The translations under genes were made by a program, and so were the position numbers. Below the pieces are notes generated by a model that did not search any database, was not told the DNA's origin, and was given only the letters and a program-made list of their open reading frames with translations. Of a stretch of 64,000 nucleotides of DNA, positions 1 to 12,851 are shown one piece after another. The number at the start of each line of letters is the position of its first letter. Position 1 is the first letter of the stretch. The DNA lies in contig OZ024748.1 of NCBI GenBank assembly GCA_964016885.1, positions 54,312,001-54,376,000 of the forward strand, written 5' to 3'. Origin of the DNA: Eledone cirrhosa. Taxonomy: Eukaryota.

Positions 1-421
1 GGCCGGAGAGCTTATGTCCTACAATAAAAATCACTCTCACACACACACACATGACTTTTAATTCTTAGTTCGATTAGAATACAATAAAATATCTTGGTCA
101 TTATATTGAAATACTTCAAAATTTGCCAACGAAGCTTGGTTTCCTACATCAAACAATAACAAGAGAAGTTCTATTCATTAAGCATAAAATGAAGAACCAT
201 TACCGAATATCTGTTCGTTTTTTTTTTTATTTGATTTTTCTTATTCTAACTCGTTGTTTTGCTTTATGTGCAATTTTGTTTTTCTTTTTTCAACGAATAG
301 GTCACTGCCAATTGCTTTATATATATATAAATATATATAACTCTCCGGGTTTTAGGTGACAGCTCTCAATGCGGACTTACGTTCTTTGTTTACGTTCGAG
401 TCCTCAATAGCTGAATGGCGT

Positions 422-463
422 GCACCAGATGATATATAAAGAAACTGTTAGTTACGGTAGTAT
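422..463 (+). ncRNA. Degenerate hammerhead-like motif
   Basis: gcac-CAGATGA-tatataaa-GAA-actgt tagtt acggt-A-gtat. Stem III and the GUA triplet are good, but core U4 is mutated and stem II is weak. Confidence 0.3.
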
Positions 464-1162
464 TAATTAATTAATGGTAACACTGCACAGCAGGGGTTTA
501 ATATCTCATGCAACCCACCGCAAGTGAATGATGCTCAGCACATAATATATAAAGAAATAGAGACTCGAATATAGGAAAATTACATAGATAAATAAAATAC
601 CCCAAAATGAGGTAAGTAATATCATTTTAGTTCAAATCTGCCACCTACTGTAATGGTGTCTTTCGTGTTTTCATTGTCGTTAAAGTAAGTACCAGCCAAT
701 TAAATTAAAAACCTTGCCAACATTTTTGTGGCTCGTGTCAGTTTTAAGGAATTGTGGTAGCGAAGTTGGAGAAGCTGTGCAGTGCCGGATTAAAGTGCCT
801 CATTCAAAATTCTGTCCGGAGAAATTGTAGAGTAATAATCATTTCACCCTTGTGAGTATTGATCATGAATTGGTAGTTAATCGTTGTACTCCATTTTCAT
901 GTCCTCGTAGTCCTGTGACAATGGGAAAAAATCAATACAAATCAACAACAGCAATTACTAATACAGGTTAAATCTGAACAAACTTCGAATCAGAACATTG
1001 CCTGACTACGGAAAAGGAAAAAAATTACATATTAGCCCGTAAGATGAGAGGCAATTTAAGACTGCATGGGGAAATGGGGTCGAAATTTTCATCGAATACC
1101 TTGTGTGTTATTTATGGTAGTAAACAATATTGATTTGGGTTCTTGATTACAACCCAGTTAGC

Positions 1163-1325
1163 AATGCCGGATTTAGGACAAATGAGGCCGTGCTAGTTAA
1201 ATTATGAAGCCACTTACTTGGGCCCTGAAGGAGGTAAAACATTTGTTTGGTAGGACGATGAACCCCTCCCCTGGCCAACGGGGCCCTGTGCTTTAGCACA
1301 CCTAAGCATAATGTTAGTCAGTTAC
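1163..1325. mobile_element. Possible decayed MITE
   Basis: GC-rich island gccggatttagg...gggccc...ggggccc, typical of small DNA-transposon derivatives. TIRs are not clearly recoverable. Confidence 0.3.
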
Positions 1326-3069
1326 CATCCCGTCTTAATCCACAACTGCGTAAGAGAAGTCTCCATATTTCCTTCGAAGGTGTTTATACACAGATACAAA
1401 TAGGCACTCGCAAACACACACACACACACTCTCTCTCTCTCTCGCACACACACATTTGTGATCGGATTCAGTGGACAACCGTAAGCAAGCAAACAAGCGA
1501 AGTATATTCACTAAAACATTATGTAGATAGATAGATGAACCGATAGATAAATATACAGATATGTAGATAGATAGATAGACACATACACAGATAGATAGAC
1601 ACATACACAGATAGATAGCTAACTAGATAGGTAGACAGACATACTAAAAGAAGAGAAAGAAATTGATAGATGAATAGAATAAAGGAGAAAAGATATAAAT
1701 AGATAGATAGATAGATAAAGGTTGAGAAAGTATATCATCACCATTCGAAACATCCGGCTCTCACTTCAGAAAACATCCCGTATTTCTCTGATTCGAACAA
1801 ATTTGACAGAAAAACAAAGTTGCTTGGTTTTCTGTAAAAAGTTTAACTCATTCCATGATTGTTTCTCTCCCTTCGCCACCTCTGTTTTTTTCTTTTTTGT
1901 TATTTTATTGTCTTGACTTTTTAACTTAAGTTTTTATGTAGTAAAAAAAAAAAAAAGAAGGAAAAAAAACTAGACGTAAAATAAAGAGAGGAAGAAATAA
2001 GACAAAATGGCGGGAATGCCTGGCCAAAAAGCGGCGTATCTTAGCAACCATTATCGTCGTGATAAATTACTGTCGTAATTTGTTATGGTGGGTTGGAGAG
2101 GAAGAAATGTTGACGATTCGTTTAAGTTTCTTCCTTCTTTCTTTCGTATTTTATTTTATTTCTGTCTTCCTCTTCACTCTCCACCACCTCCTCACCTCAC
2201 CCCCACCCATTGCCCCTTTTTTTACTTCTTTGTCTTCTTTCTTTCTGTCTTTCTATCTCTTTATTGTCAACTAGTTAGAAAGTTTACTTGCACAGTTGTG
2301 GTGGTGGTTGTGTGGTGTTGTTGGTGGTGGTTGTGTTAGTACAGCTATTATTTGATCGTATTGGTAGCGATATTGGTGTTGGTTGGAGTGGGGAGGTGCA
2401 AACATTCTACCTAATGTTGTTAATTAATGGCGACTGTTGGAAAAGGGGTGGCGAGAGAGAGAGAAAGGGTGGAGAGACAGAGAGAGAAAGAGAGAGAGAG
2501 AGAGATGTAAAAGAAAATGAAAATGTGTTAGATTTTTATTAAAAGACACTTTCTCTGGTAGAACCCGATTTGGGAAAAACTGTCTTTGAGTTCGATCTAT
2601 CATTTTCATATCTCTGCCCTACCCCACTCCATATACACTTTGCCACGCTCTCTCTCTCTTCACGTGTCTGTGGAACGTTAATTTCATGAGCAGACAGTTC
2701 CATTGTTACAACATGAACACTCGTCGTCGGAGCCGACGGAGGTCCAACAACACAACATATCTACTTACTTTTCTCTCTCCCTCTTTCTCTCTATTTACCT
2801 CATTTTTTTTAGCTTACTCTTTCATCTCCCCTCTCTCTCACTCTCTCTCTCTATATATATATATATCCGTCTCAGTGAATCTCACTCTCCTCTTCCTCCA
2901 CCACACCACTTCTTTTGTTGGTCACTTTCGTAACGATATCGATTAACATTCTTCCGATCACGGACAGCATGATCGATATATAGACTGGCATATAGATTTG
3001 AATGTATCAGACTTTGTCTTAGTAAGATGTAATTAACTTACATTTTCGTACCGACCGACCAAATTTCCT

Positions 3070-3114
<45 letters not shown>

Positions 3115-3279
3115 GATATGCGTATGTATGTGTGTGTATATATACATCTATGCATTCATATACACACCCACCCACATACAAAGATAAGCATGCGATGAGT
3201 AAAGCAGTATTTAATATTGGACTATAATTAAAAACCTGAGAAATTTATGGCTCACATTGTGACATTGTGTGCGTGTGTG

Positions 3280-3331
<52 letters not shown>

Positions 3332-3459
3332 ATGTATGTGTGTGTGTGTGTGTATGTATACATAAATATGTATAATGTAAACTGAAAATAAATCAAAGCA
3401 TCCATATTAAAATAAAATGCATGGACATATATGTGAATATAATCATATGTGTGTGTATG

Positions 3460-3507
<48 letters not shown>

Positions 3508-4267
3508 AAGGGGAGAAAGGAATGAGTTTAGTTATTCAACGTTGCTGCCTTCTCTCCTGGAGTGGAATGGTGAGATGGCTGCTGTTGATGGCTTACCTTA
3601 ACTCTCTGGCAGATTAATTAACGCTGGTGTGGTGTGTGGTGGTGTTGATGATGCTACTGGTGGTGGGTGTGAGGTGGAAGATAACTAGGTATGCAACCAT
3701 TGAGAGTTATAGTTGTGTGGCGGAAGGATTGGTTAAATGTCTAGGATGAACTTTACAAAAGAAGTGGAATATAAGAAATGAAGAACTGGTGGATGTACCG
3801 TATAGTTTGAAGTCTGATTGTTGAAGTATTCATTTGGTACTAGGTAGTGGGGCTCTTGAGAGACAGAAACAGAGAACCCTTTCTTTCGTTGCTTGGCCCT
3901 TTTTTTTCTCCCCCATTTTCATTCTCTTTTTTCTTCCTCCTTTTCTGTTCCCTTTAATAGTACGTTTTGTTTGTTTTTTCATTAGATATTGCTCAATGGC
4001 TTTTTGTGACATTGTGAGAAGTGGTTCATCTTCTCTTCTTTCTGTAGAAGGACTAGCGTCGGAAACATCATATATGGATTACTGAACGGTGTTGTTGTTG
4101 ACGTTGATGTTGTTGTTGTTCAGCTCCGCTGAAGGCAATACATCCATGGCCGTCCCATCCTATTTTTATTTATGACTACAGTATCCTTCCTTTTTTGAAA
4201 CGGTAGGCTATGTCATGAGGATGATTTGGTTGCTATTTCTGCTAGATTAGGTGATCGCTCGTTCAGA

Positions 4268-4433
4268 TGGTGGCAATTGGTGTTGGTGTGGTGGCAATTG
4301 GTGTTGGTGTGGTGGCAATTGGTGTTGGTGTGGTGGCAATTGGTGTTGGTGTGGTGGCAATTGGTGTTGGTGTGGTGGCAATTGGTGTTGGTGTGGTGGC
4401 AATTGGTGTTGGTGTGGAGGCAATTGGTGTTGA
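4268..4433 (+). repeat. 21-bp minisatellite, ~8 units
   Basis: Unit gtggtggcaattggtgttggt. Confidence 0.95.
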
Positions 4434-4518
4434 CTGTGGAGGCAGATGGCAGTCTCTACTGGGATAGAATAATTTCATTCCTTTCAAGGTAGCAGAAATG
4501 TTATTCCAATGCATTGAG

Positions 4519-4612
<94 letters not shown>

Positions 4613-5459
4613 TTATATGTATATGCAGCCGCATAGACACATGTTTGTGTGTGACTATATTTTGAGAGAAAGTGAGAGATAAAAGAAAGCCATAAAAAGT
4701 CCACATACGCACTCACAGTCACACACTCACTCATATACAGGTGGTGTGACAGTGAAGCTGTCGAGTCCTGCAATGTAGTTTTAGTTATATAGGGGCAGTT
4801 AATATAGATCATTAACTGCCTACCTCCCGCACACAAACAATGCTTCTATATAGATATATGTATATATATAATAATGCGTGTGTGTGCATATATATACATA
4901 CACACACATGTATATGTTTGTGTGTATATGTATATATATGTATATAGCCAACTCCTAATCTGTAGACATCCAGTCTTGGTGAAGTCGCCAATATTTTACA
5001 AATTGGCGTCGAATCCGTGTGAAGGTGTTAAAAAATAAAACAATTTAACATTTAGACTTTTATATTTTTGCCTTCATATGTATGTGTATATATACACACT
5101 TATGAATATATATGTATATACACACATACATACATACATACATACATACATACACACATATATATTCGAAAATATATATTCTTATACATATACAATCAAT
5201 ATCTTTTAATTTTTAGTTTAAACCACACCCGCTATACAAAGTCTTTGAGGCTGGTGCCGCGTGTGTGAGGGTGTGTGTGTATGTGTTAATATATATGTAT
5301 GTATGTGTTTGTGTTTTTTCTTTCCTTTTTTCTTTGTTGTTGTTACAGTTTAATTCATTTTGTTGTTTGGCACTGAAAAATCGTTGAATTTGCTGCAACC
5401 TCATTTTAAAGTTGTTGTTAATCCTTTTTTTAACCTTGTTATTTTTATTTAATTTTCTA

Positions 5460-5499
<40 letters not shown>

Positions 5500-6295
5500 C
5501 TATTGTAATAATAATTTTGGATGTGAGAGCGATTATTATCGTAGGTCTGTAGGTAGATGCCTGAATGTATATCCGGGTGTGTGTGCGTCGATTTTTAAAT
5601 ATATGACACACTCTCACACATTTTATTATTAATCATTATTAAATATCGATTTTTATATAGTCAGTAAATCATTATTTTATATTATGTAAGTGTTGGTCAC
5701 TATCACCACCACCACCACCACCACCACCACTCTTGAGATTCTTGGTGAAATGGGTGTTTTTTCTTCTTCTTTCTTCAAAACAGGAGAGTTAATCTATAAA
5801 TGAACTAGGATTTAAAAAAAATGTAAATAAAACATGAAAATTAAGGACGAGATTTAAAAACAAAACAAAACTGAAAGCAAAGGAGTCAATCATTAGATTG
5901 GACCGAGGTAACAATGTTTCCACTGGTGTTTCTATTGCTGGTACTATCTACTGGCGAAAGAAAATGTGAATGAAAATGTGTTTTGTTGAATAACACAACA
6001 CACTTCCTTGTCCGTGAGGCCAACACTCGAGCCAGGTCATGTGAGTTCACGGGAGAAAATATAACGAAAACGGTGAAATCATAATGGTAGATTTTATGTT
6101 TGTTTCTGTAACCATGACGGCACCCCAGCATGGCCGCAGTCTAATGATTGAAACAAGTAAAAGAGTAAATTATATTGATCTTGTTGTTTGCTTGTTCAAC
6201 ACAGGTCGAGTAGGCCAATAATCAATAGTATTCCAGCCGTGACTATCCTGTCCTCATTTGGTTTTAAATATATCTAGCATTATATCGTCCATTAC

Positions 6296-6610
6296 GTGTG
6301 GCGTAGTGGTAAGGTCGTTCGACTCGCGGTCGCAAGGTTGCGAGTACGACTCCCGACGGCGCATTGTGTCCTTGATCAAGTCACTTTAGTTTATGTTGTT
6401 CCAGTTCTCTCAACTGGAAAAAAAAGGTGAATTGCATCAGTGATTCAAACGAGCTAGTCTTGTCATGAGTCAGGGCGAATCTCCCTGAGAACTACGTTAA
6501 TGGTGCATATGCGCGTGTAATGTTCAGTCATTAGCATATCAAATTCACGAGAAGGCTCTCCTGTTGATCAAACAACTGGAAAATTCGTCGTTGGAACCGA
6601 CGAGATCCAA
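6296..6610 (+). mobile_element. tRNA-derived SINE family B
   Basis: A-box tggcgtagtggtaag, anticodon-like gactcgcg and B-box-like gagtacgactccc, then gtgtccttg..caag.cactt. A homologous minus copy lies at 20724-20995. Confidence 0.7.
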
Positions 6611-6621
6611 CACACACATAC

Positions 6622-6679
<58 letters not shown>

Positions 6680-6843
6680 TCACACACACACACACTCATT
6701 ATCTATTTTACTTTTACGAGATGCTAAAGTGTGATTTGTGCATTTATTTAGTTACTATTTTTAGCAGGTCGATTGATTTATGTGTAAGAGTCTCTCGTTA
6801 TATGTCGTAGCTCGATATAAGTAGCTCGTTATATGTCTCTTAT

Positions 6844-6902
<59 letters not shown>

Positions 6903-7450
6903 GCGCCTTCGAGTGTGTAAGTGCCGCCACCTTTTTGTGTCACTCTAAACAACCTTCTGTCAAAATACCTATCGTGTGGTTTTGTATAGTGGGACGCAGG
7001 TTAGTGGTGCCACAACATCCTTGCTTGCATGTTATGGCCTTTTTTTTTTAGTATAACAGACACGTGTCTTTATCTAAAACAACCTTGTATGTTTGTGTAA
7101 CAACAATATTGCTATATTTGTATGTCAGTCTTTCTGTCAAATCCCGCTTGTGATTTTACGCACCAACATGTGTATGTGCGTGTATATATATATATATTTG
7201 TGTGTGTTTTCATCCATTTGTTTTCTGTAGCAAAGTTGTGGGCTAAGATGTGTAACAAACAGCACTCTTGTGTTTATGGCCTATCAGGCACGTGACACGT
7301 GTCTTACTATCAATCAGACGCTGTGTGTAGTGTTTGTGTAACGAACGATCTTGTGATTTCTGTGTAACAGCTTTCTTTGTGTGACATCTTTACACCTCTA
7401 TGTGGTCGCTGGATTGGCTAGAAATATCAGCCGAAAGGATGAGTTAGATA

Positions 7451-7630
7451 ATTGTTTCTACTTTAGGCACAAGGCCAGCAATTACCCAGTACATTACTGG
7501 TACTTTATTTTATCGACCCTGTAAGGATGAAAGGCAAAGTCAACCTCGGCGGGATTTGAACTCAGATCGTAAAGGGACGTAACTATGCTGGAAAGCATGG
7601 CGTCCGACTCTCTACTGATACTGCCAATCC
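7451..7630 (-). mobile_element. tRNA-derived SINE family A (short form), near full length
   Basis: B-box-like gagttcaaatccc, central gcctttcatccttac.gggtcgataaaataaagtaccag (resembles the MetaSINE-type central domain), and tail ggccttgtgcctaaagtagaaacaat. About 20 copies occur in the window. Confidence 0.85.
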
Positions 7631-7800
7631 AAAAGTGCCTAAATGGCTCTAAGAAGATATGCTGATCTAGCTTTCTCTAAGATTTGTTGATCTGGGCTTC
7701 TTCTAAGAAGATATACTGATCTAGGTTTGTCTACGAAGTCATGTTAATGTACGTTTCTCTAAGATATATATCTCCATATGTCTACTTAATCAGGACCTCT

Positions 7801-7853
<53 letters not shown>

Positions 7854-8742
7854 ATCCTCACCATCTCTTCCTCTCTCTCTTCTCCACCCTCACCATTTCT
7901 CTCTGTCGATCTCTTTTTCTCTGCCCATCTTTCCCTCTTTCCTCGCCATCACTGTCTTTTCTCAATCTATCTCTTCCTCGCACCACCTCTCTCAATCTCT
8001 CTCTTTCTCTCTCTGTCGATCTCCCAGTTGATCAAGCCAGCTCCTCCACTGCATCTTAACCTAACACTCCTTTGCAGTTCAGTTTTGCTAGAACAAACCT
8101 TTCTCTGTCGAGTGTAACAGCAACCTGAGAGTTTGCCCTAAGTACATTTGACCCTTGTTCAGTCGCTTTCTTTATTAAAATCTGTCAGTCGAGAGAGGGG
8201 GAGGGGTTGCAGAGAACCAAGAGACGATGTAATTGCTACCCCCACCGCGCCTTACCCTCCTCTATATTACCTGTATAACCGATCTACTTTAACTGCTTAC
8301 TTACCTGTCTGTTGGTTATTGGGTCGGTAGGAAGGTGGGGTGGGGTGCTTAGTAGTTGGGTTGATGGGGGTTGTACGAAGAAGTAGCACAACGAGGTATA
8401 AACTTAATCGTATCGCCCCTCACCCAAAGCACCGACCCACACACCCACCGACCAACCCAACCCCTTAGGCTTAATCCACCTCCTCTCCATCCACCCTAGC
8501 CCATGCAGCACTTTAAGAATTCTGATGTTTTAACGAGGTCCTCTGATTACAAACAGACACGCACGCACACAAACAACCACACACGCACGCACACAAACAA
8601 CCACACACACACACACACAAACAACCATACACACACACACAAATCAAATCAAATAAGAACTTGGATATCACATCTCGATATTAGGTAACAAATGAAAACA
8701 ACAACACCACCAACAATTGTAAAACTGAGGATAATAATAATG

Positions 8743-9112
8743 ATGGTTTCTGATTTAAGCACAAGGCCAGTAATTTGAGGAGTGAGGGGTGGGATTTGAT
8801 TATTTGACTGGTGCTTTATCTTATCGACCCCAGAAGGCTGAATGGTAAGGTCGACCTTGGCGAGATTTCATCTCCGTAACTAAATGCTCTCACGATTCTG
8901 TCAATTTGCCACCCTCGGGAAATATCGATAATTGTTTCTGATTTAGGCACAAGGCCAACAATTATGGGGTAGGGAAAAGTCGATTAAATCGACTCCAGTG
9001 CATTACTGTTATTTTATTTTATCGACCTCGTAAAGATGAGAGGCAAAGCTAACATCGGCGGGATTTGAACTATATACCATAAAGCATGTTGTCCGACGCT
9101 GCCAATCCACCA
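8743..9112 (-). mobile_element. Two older SINE A copies (long form) in tandem
   Basis: Two degenerate copies each with gcacaaggcc and tatcgacc motifs, starting at ~8743 and ~8931. Confidence 0.7.
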
Positions 9113-9130
9113 TTTTACATTCATTAATTA

Positions 9131-9312
9131 GTGGATTAGCAGTATCAGTAGAGGGTCGGATGCCATGCTTTCCAGCATAGTTACGTCCCTTTACGATCTG
9201 AGTTCAAATCCCGCCGAGGTTAACTTTGCCTTTCATCCTTACGGGGTCGATAAAATAAAGTACCAGTAATGTACTGGGTAATTGCTGGCCTTGTGCCTAA
9301 AATAGAAACAAT
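9131..9312 (+). mobile_element. SINE A (short form), young copy
   Basis: Close reverse complement of 7451-7630. Confidence 0.85.
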
Positions 9313-9698
9313 GAATTATTAATAAAGAAAGCATTATTATTATTTTTAACATTGATACAAGGCCACCAATTTGGGGGAAAAGAAATGTCGATTATATCGA
9401 GCTACTACTTAACTGGTACTTTATTCTATCGATCCCGAATCAATGTACAACAACACCAATGACATGAATATCAAGAAGTTTTACCAGCTGAGTGAACTGG
9501 AGTATGTGAAATAAGTGTCTTGCTCAATGTTGTGACATGTGGCTGGGAATTGATCTCATAACTTTACGATTGCGAGCCCCGGACACCTTCAACTTAGAAC
9601 TACACACTTTCTTACGGTAGTAATAAGAAATATAATTGAAATGGTTGATTGGAGGTACGATGTGCTGGGAGAGATGGATGGTAGTGGCGTAGAAGGAA

Positions 9699-9791
9699 TA
9701 TATAGGAGAAAGGCATTATAACACTCATCCACCTTTATAGAAGTTGCTTCTATAAAGGTGGATGAGTGTTATAATGCCTTTCTCCTATATA
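9699..9791. repeat. Perfect 45-bp-arm palindrome (3-nt loop)
   Basis: 9699-9743 is the exact reverse complement of 9747-9791, with loop ttg. Confidence 0.95.
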
Positions 9792-10281
9792 GGTGGATGG
9801 CCGTGGTATAATGCCTTTCTTCTATATAGGTGGATGGCCGTGGTATAATGCCTTTCTCCTATATAGGTGGATGGCCGTGGTATAATACCTTTCTCCTATA
9901 TAGGTGGATGGCCGTGGTATAATGCCTTTCTCCTATATAGGTGGTTGACAGTGATATAATACCTTTCTTCTATATAGGTGGATGGCCGTGGTATAATGCC
10001 TTTCTCCTATATAGGTGGATGGCCGTGGTATAATACCTTTCTCCTATATAGGTGGATGGCCGTGGTATAATGCCTTTCTCCTATATAGGTGGTTGACAGT
10101 GATATAATACCTTTCTTCTATATAGGTGGATGGCCGTGGTATAATGCCTTTCTCCTATATAGGTGGATGGCCGTGGTATAATGCCTTTCTCCTATATAGG
10201 TGGATGGCCGTGGTATAATGCCTTTCTCCTATATAGGTGGTTGACAGTGATATAATACCTTTCTTCTATATAGGTGGATGG
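9791..10281 (+). repeat. 37-bp minisatellite (~13 units) with 4-unit higher-order structure
   Basis: Unit aggtggatggccgtggtataatgcctttctcctatat. The variant aggtggttgacagtgatataatacctttcttctatat recurs at 9939, 10087 and 10235 (every 148 bp). Confidence 0.95.
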
Positions 10282-10869
10282 TAATGGCGGAATACTTTGT
10301 TTCTATATAACAGATAGGTGTGAAGACGCGTGTGTGTATTTGTGTATATGTGTATATATTAAACGAATCTGCCAACTAAAAAAAAAGGCCACTAATGTAA
10401 GTACGTGTGTGTGTGTGTGCAATAAAAACGTGAGACAGTTTAGTATCAAAGTACATTGAAACAAAAGCCCTGCCTACGTTGCTATGTTAACAATTTCCCG
10501 GGTGGTGAGCTAGTATCATTTTTGTCTAATTTGTATAATAAAACACGTACATACAGAAACAAGTTCACATTCTCTCTCTCTCTCTCTCCACACATACATA
10601 TATCCATACACACACATATATATAAAAAGAGAAAGAGACAATTTCAGATGCACACATACAGATAGAAAATGTCATACGCACACACATTCATAAGGTTAAT
10701 AAAAACAGGCACGCATTTGTGGCATTTATGCGCACACATACTCACATTAAGGCAGCAACACACACACACTAATTCATTGTTTTTCTTTGTTTTAGCCTAA
10801 ACTCTTCATTTGGCAAACATTTGATCAGAGACACCATTTACACAAACACATACATGTACTTATAGATAC

Positions 10870-10964
<95 letters not shown>

Positions 10965-11149
10965 GCAAAAACCACGAGCACTCTATCTCAAAATTATTTT
11001 TGAAAAGCATAAATGCGCAACCGATAAAAACTTAAAACTAAAACTGAATACTAACTAATACTTATTACTAATTTATACATATTCCTAATTAAACTATTTT
11101 TCGGTGGGAAAAATTTCAGCATTTTCTTTTCCTTTTTACTAATATATAT

Positions 11150-11241
<92 letters not shown>

Positions 11242-11494
11242 CACACACACACATACAACACACACACACAACACAAGGACAAAAACACCTAAGAGACTCG
11301 GACAAACGGAATATAATGCTCGCTTCTTCAGCCACCGACTGTAGGTTACATAACCCGGTTTCGATGCACACACACACATAATTATATATATATAAGCAAT
11401 TACAACAGCGGCATACTCAGATATTTAAGTTTTGTTGGTGTTAACACCAACTCATCCAGTCGGCCATATTGTGATGGAATCTCTCTATATATAC

Positions 11495-11810
11495 TTTTTG
11501 CTGATTTGGTCATTGGACTGAAACTATATTCGGGCACCGGTTTCAAGGGTTTTTAATCGATCATATCAACCACAGTCTATATTTTACTATGGTACTTATC
11601 TTATCGATCTGCTTGTGTCGAGTTGCTATGTTATTGGTCGTACAGGGAACGATATCGGGGTTTTTATCTGTGTAAATAAAGACAAGTTTCTACACCCAGA
11701 AGTGATATTGGTCATACCGTATAGAGTAGAAAACACATTTGTCTGAAGTGCCGCGCTGTGGTATCGATCACAGAAACATGTTATTGAGAAGAGAATTTCT
11801 TAATCATGCC
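11495..11810 (-). mobile_element. Degenerate SINE family C
   Basis: gtcattggactg...gggcacc...ggtacttatcttatcgatc. Related pieces at ~6110-6165, 20395-20530, 25045-25130, 32520-32840 and 51980-52110. Confidence 0.5.
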
Positions 11811-12634
11811 TGTCCTCCTCCCCTATCTCCCTTCCCCCTCTCTCTCTTTTTATTTGACACACACACACATGAGAGGGGTGGGGTGGGGGAAAGAACAGTT
11901 TGTAATTATGTTGATTTGTCTAAGAAATAAAGTGTGAAACAAGAGTAGCTTGTGTTATTTCTATGAAAACATAAGACTAGTGAAGCAAAGAGGCTTTGTT
12001 ACAGTAGATTGGTGGTGGTGGGGGCTAGTGGTGGTGGTGGTGGGGATGGTGATAATGATGATGGTAGTGATGATGGTGGTGTGGATGGTGATAATGATGG
12101 TGGTGGTGGTGGTGGTGATAGTAATGGTAGTGGAGGGTAGAGATTGTATTGGTGGTGGTGGGGAGTATTGGTGGTGGTGGTAGTGTTGATAGTGATGTTA
12201 GTGCTGGTAGTAGTAGTGGTGGTGGTGGTGGTGGTGGTGGTGGTGGTGGTGGTGGCGGCGGTGGCGGTGTAGCAGAAGGAAAAATCCAATTAAACACTAC
12301 TTAATTACTAACACACAGCTATTAACCTGTTTTTTTTCTTCTTTATTTAGTTTTGTTTTGTTTGTCTATGTTGTTGTCATTGTTGTCGTCTCAGTTGTTG
12401 TCATTGTAGTTGTAGTTGTTGTTGTTGTTGTAAGCTATTGTCTTTGCTATTCTTTTCTTTGTTGTTTGTATTGTTGCTAGTAATATTATTAGTTTTCTTA
12501 ATTACTACATTACAACATGTAGCGTCTTCTCATTTGTCGCCCCTATGTCAATAATTAAAACACAATTATTAACTCTTTGTGGATAATAAAGAAACCCTCA
12601 TTATTATTATTATTATTGTTATTGTTGTCATTGT

Positions 12635-12807
12635 GCGGCATGTAGTTACGACCCTTTACGTTCTGAGTTCAAATCCCGCCGAGGTTAACTTTGCCTTTCA
12701 TCCTTACGGGGTCGATAAAATAAAGTACCAGTAATTTACTGGGGTCGATTTAATCGATTTTCCCCTCTCCCAAAATTGCTGACCTTGTGCCTAAAGTAGA
12801 AACAATT
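12635..12807 (+). mobile_element. SINE A (long form)
   Basis: Same core plus the ggggtcgatttaatcgattttcccctctccc segment that short-form copies lack. Confidence 0.8.
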
Positions 12808-12851
12808 CTTATTGTTAGTAGTAGTAGTTGTAGTAGTAGTAGTAGTAGTAG

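Noticed and set aside
5914-5973. MFPLVFLLLVLSTGERKCE signal-peptide-like mini-ORF
   Set aside because: Stops after 19 codons, has no splice donor, and runs into degenerate SINE-like sequence.
6296-6365. Functional tRNA gene
   Set aside because: The T-arm and acceptor stem are degenerate and the sequence continues into a SINE body that has other copies.
9939-9975. TTGACA and TATAAT in the variant unit as a bacterial sigma70 promoter
   Set aside because: The hexamers are only 4 bp apart instead of ~17, so this is a coincidence within a satellite.
9791-10281. 37-bp repeat array as a CRISPR array
   Set aside because: Units are contiguous with no unique spacers, there are no cas genes, and the context is eukaryotic.
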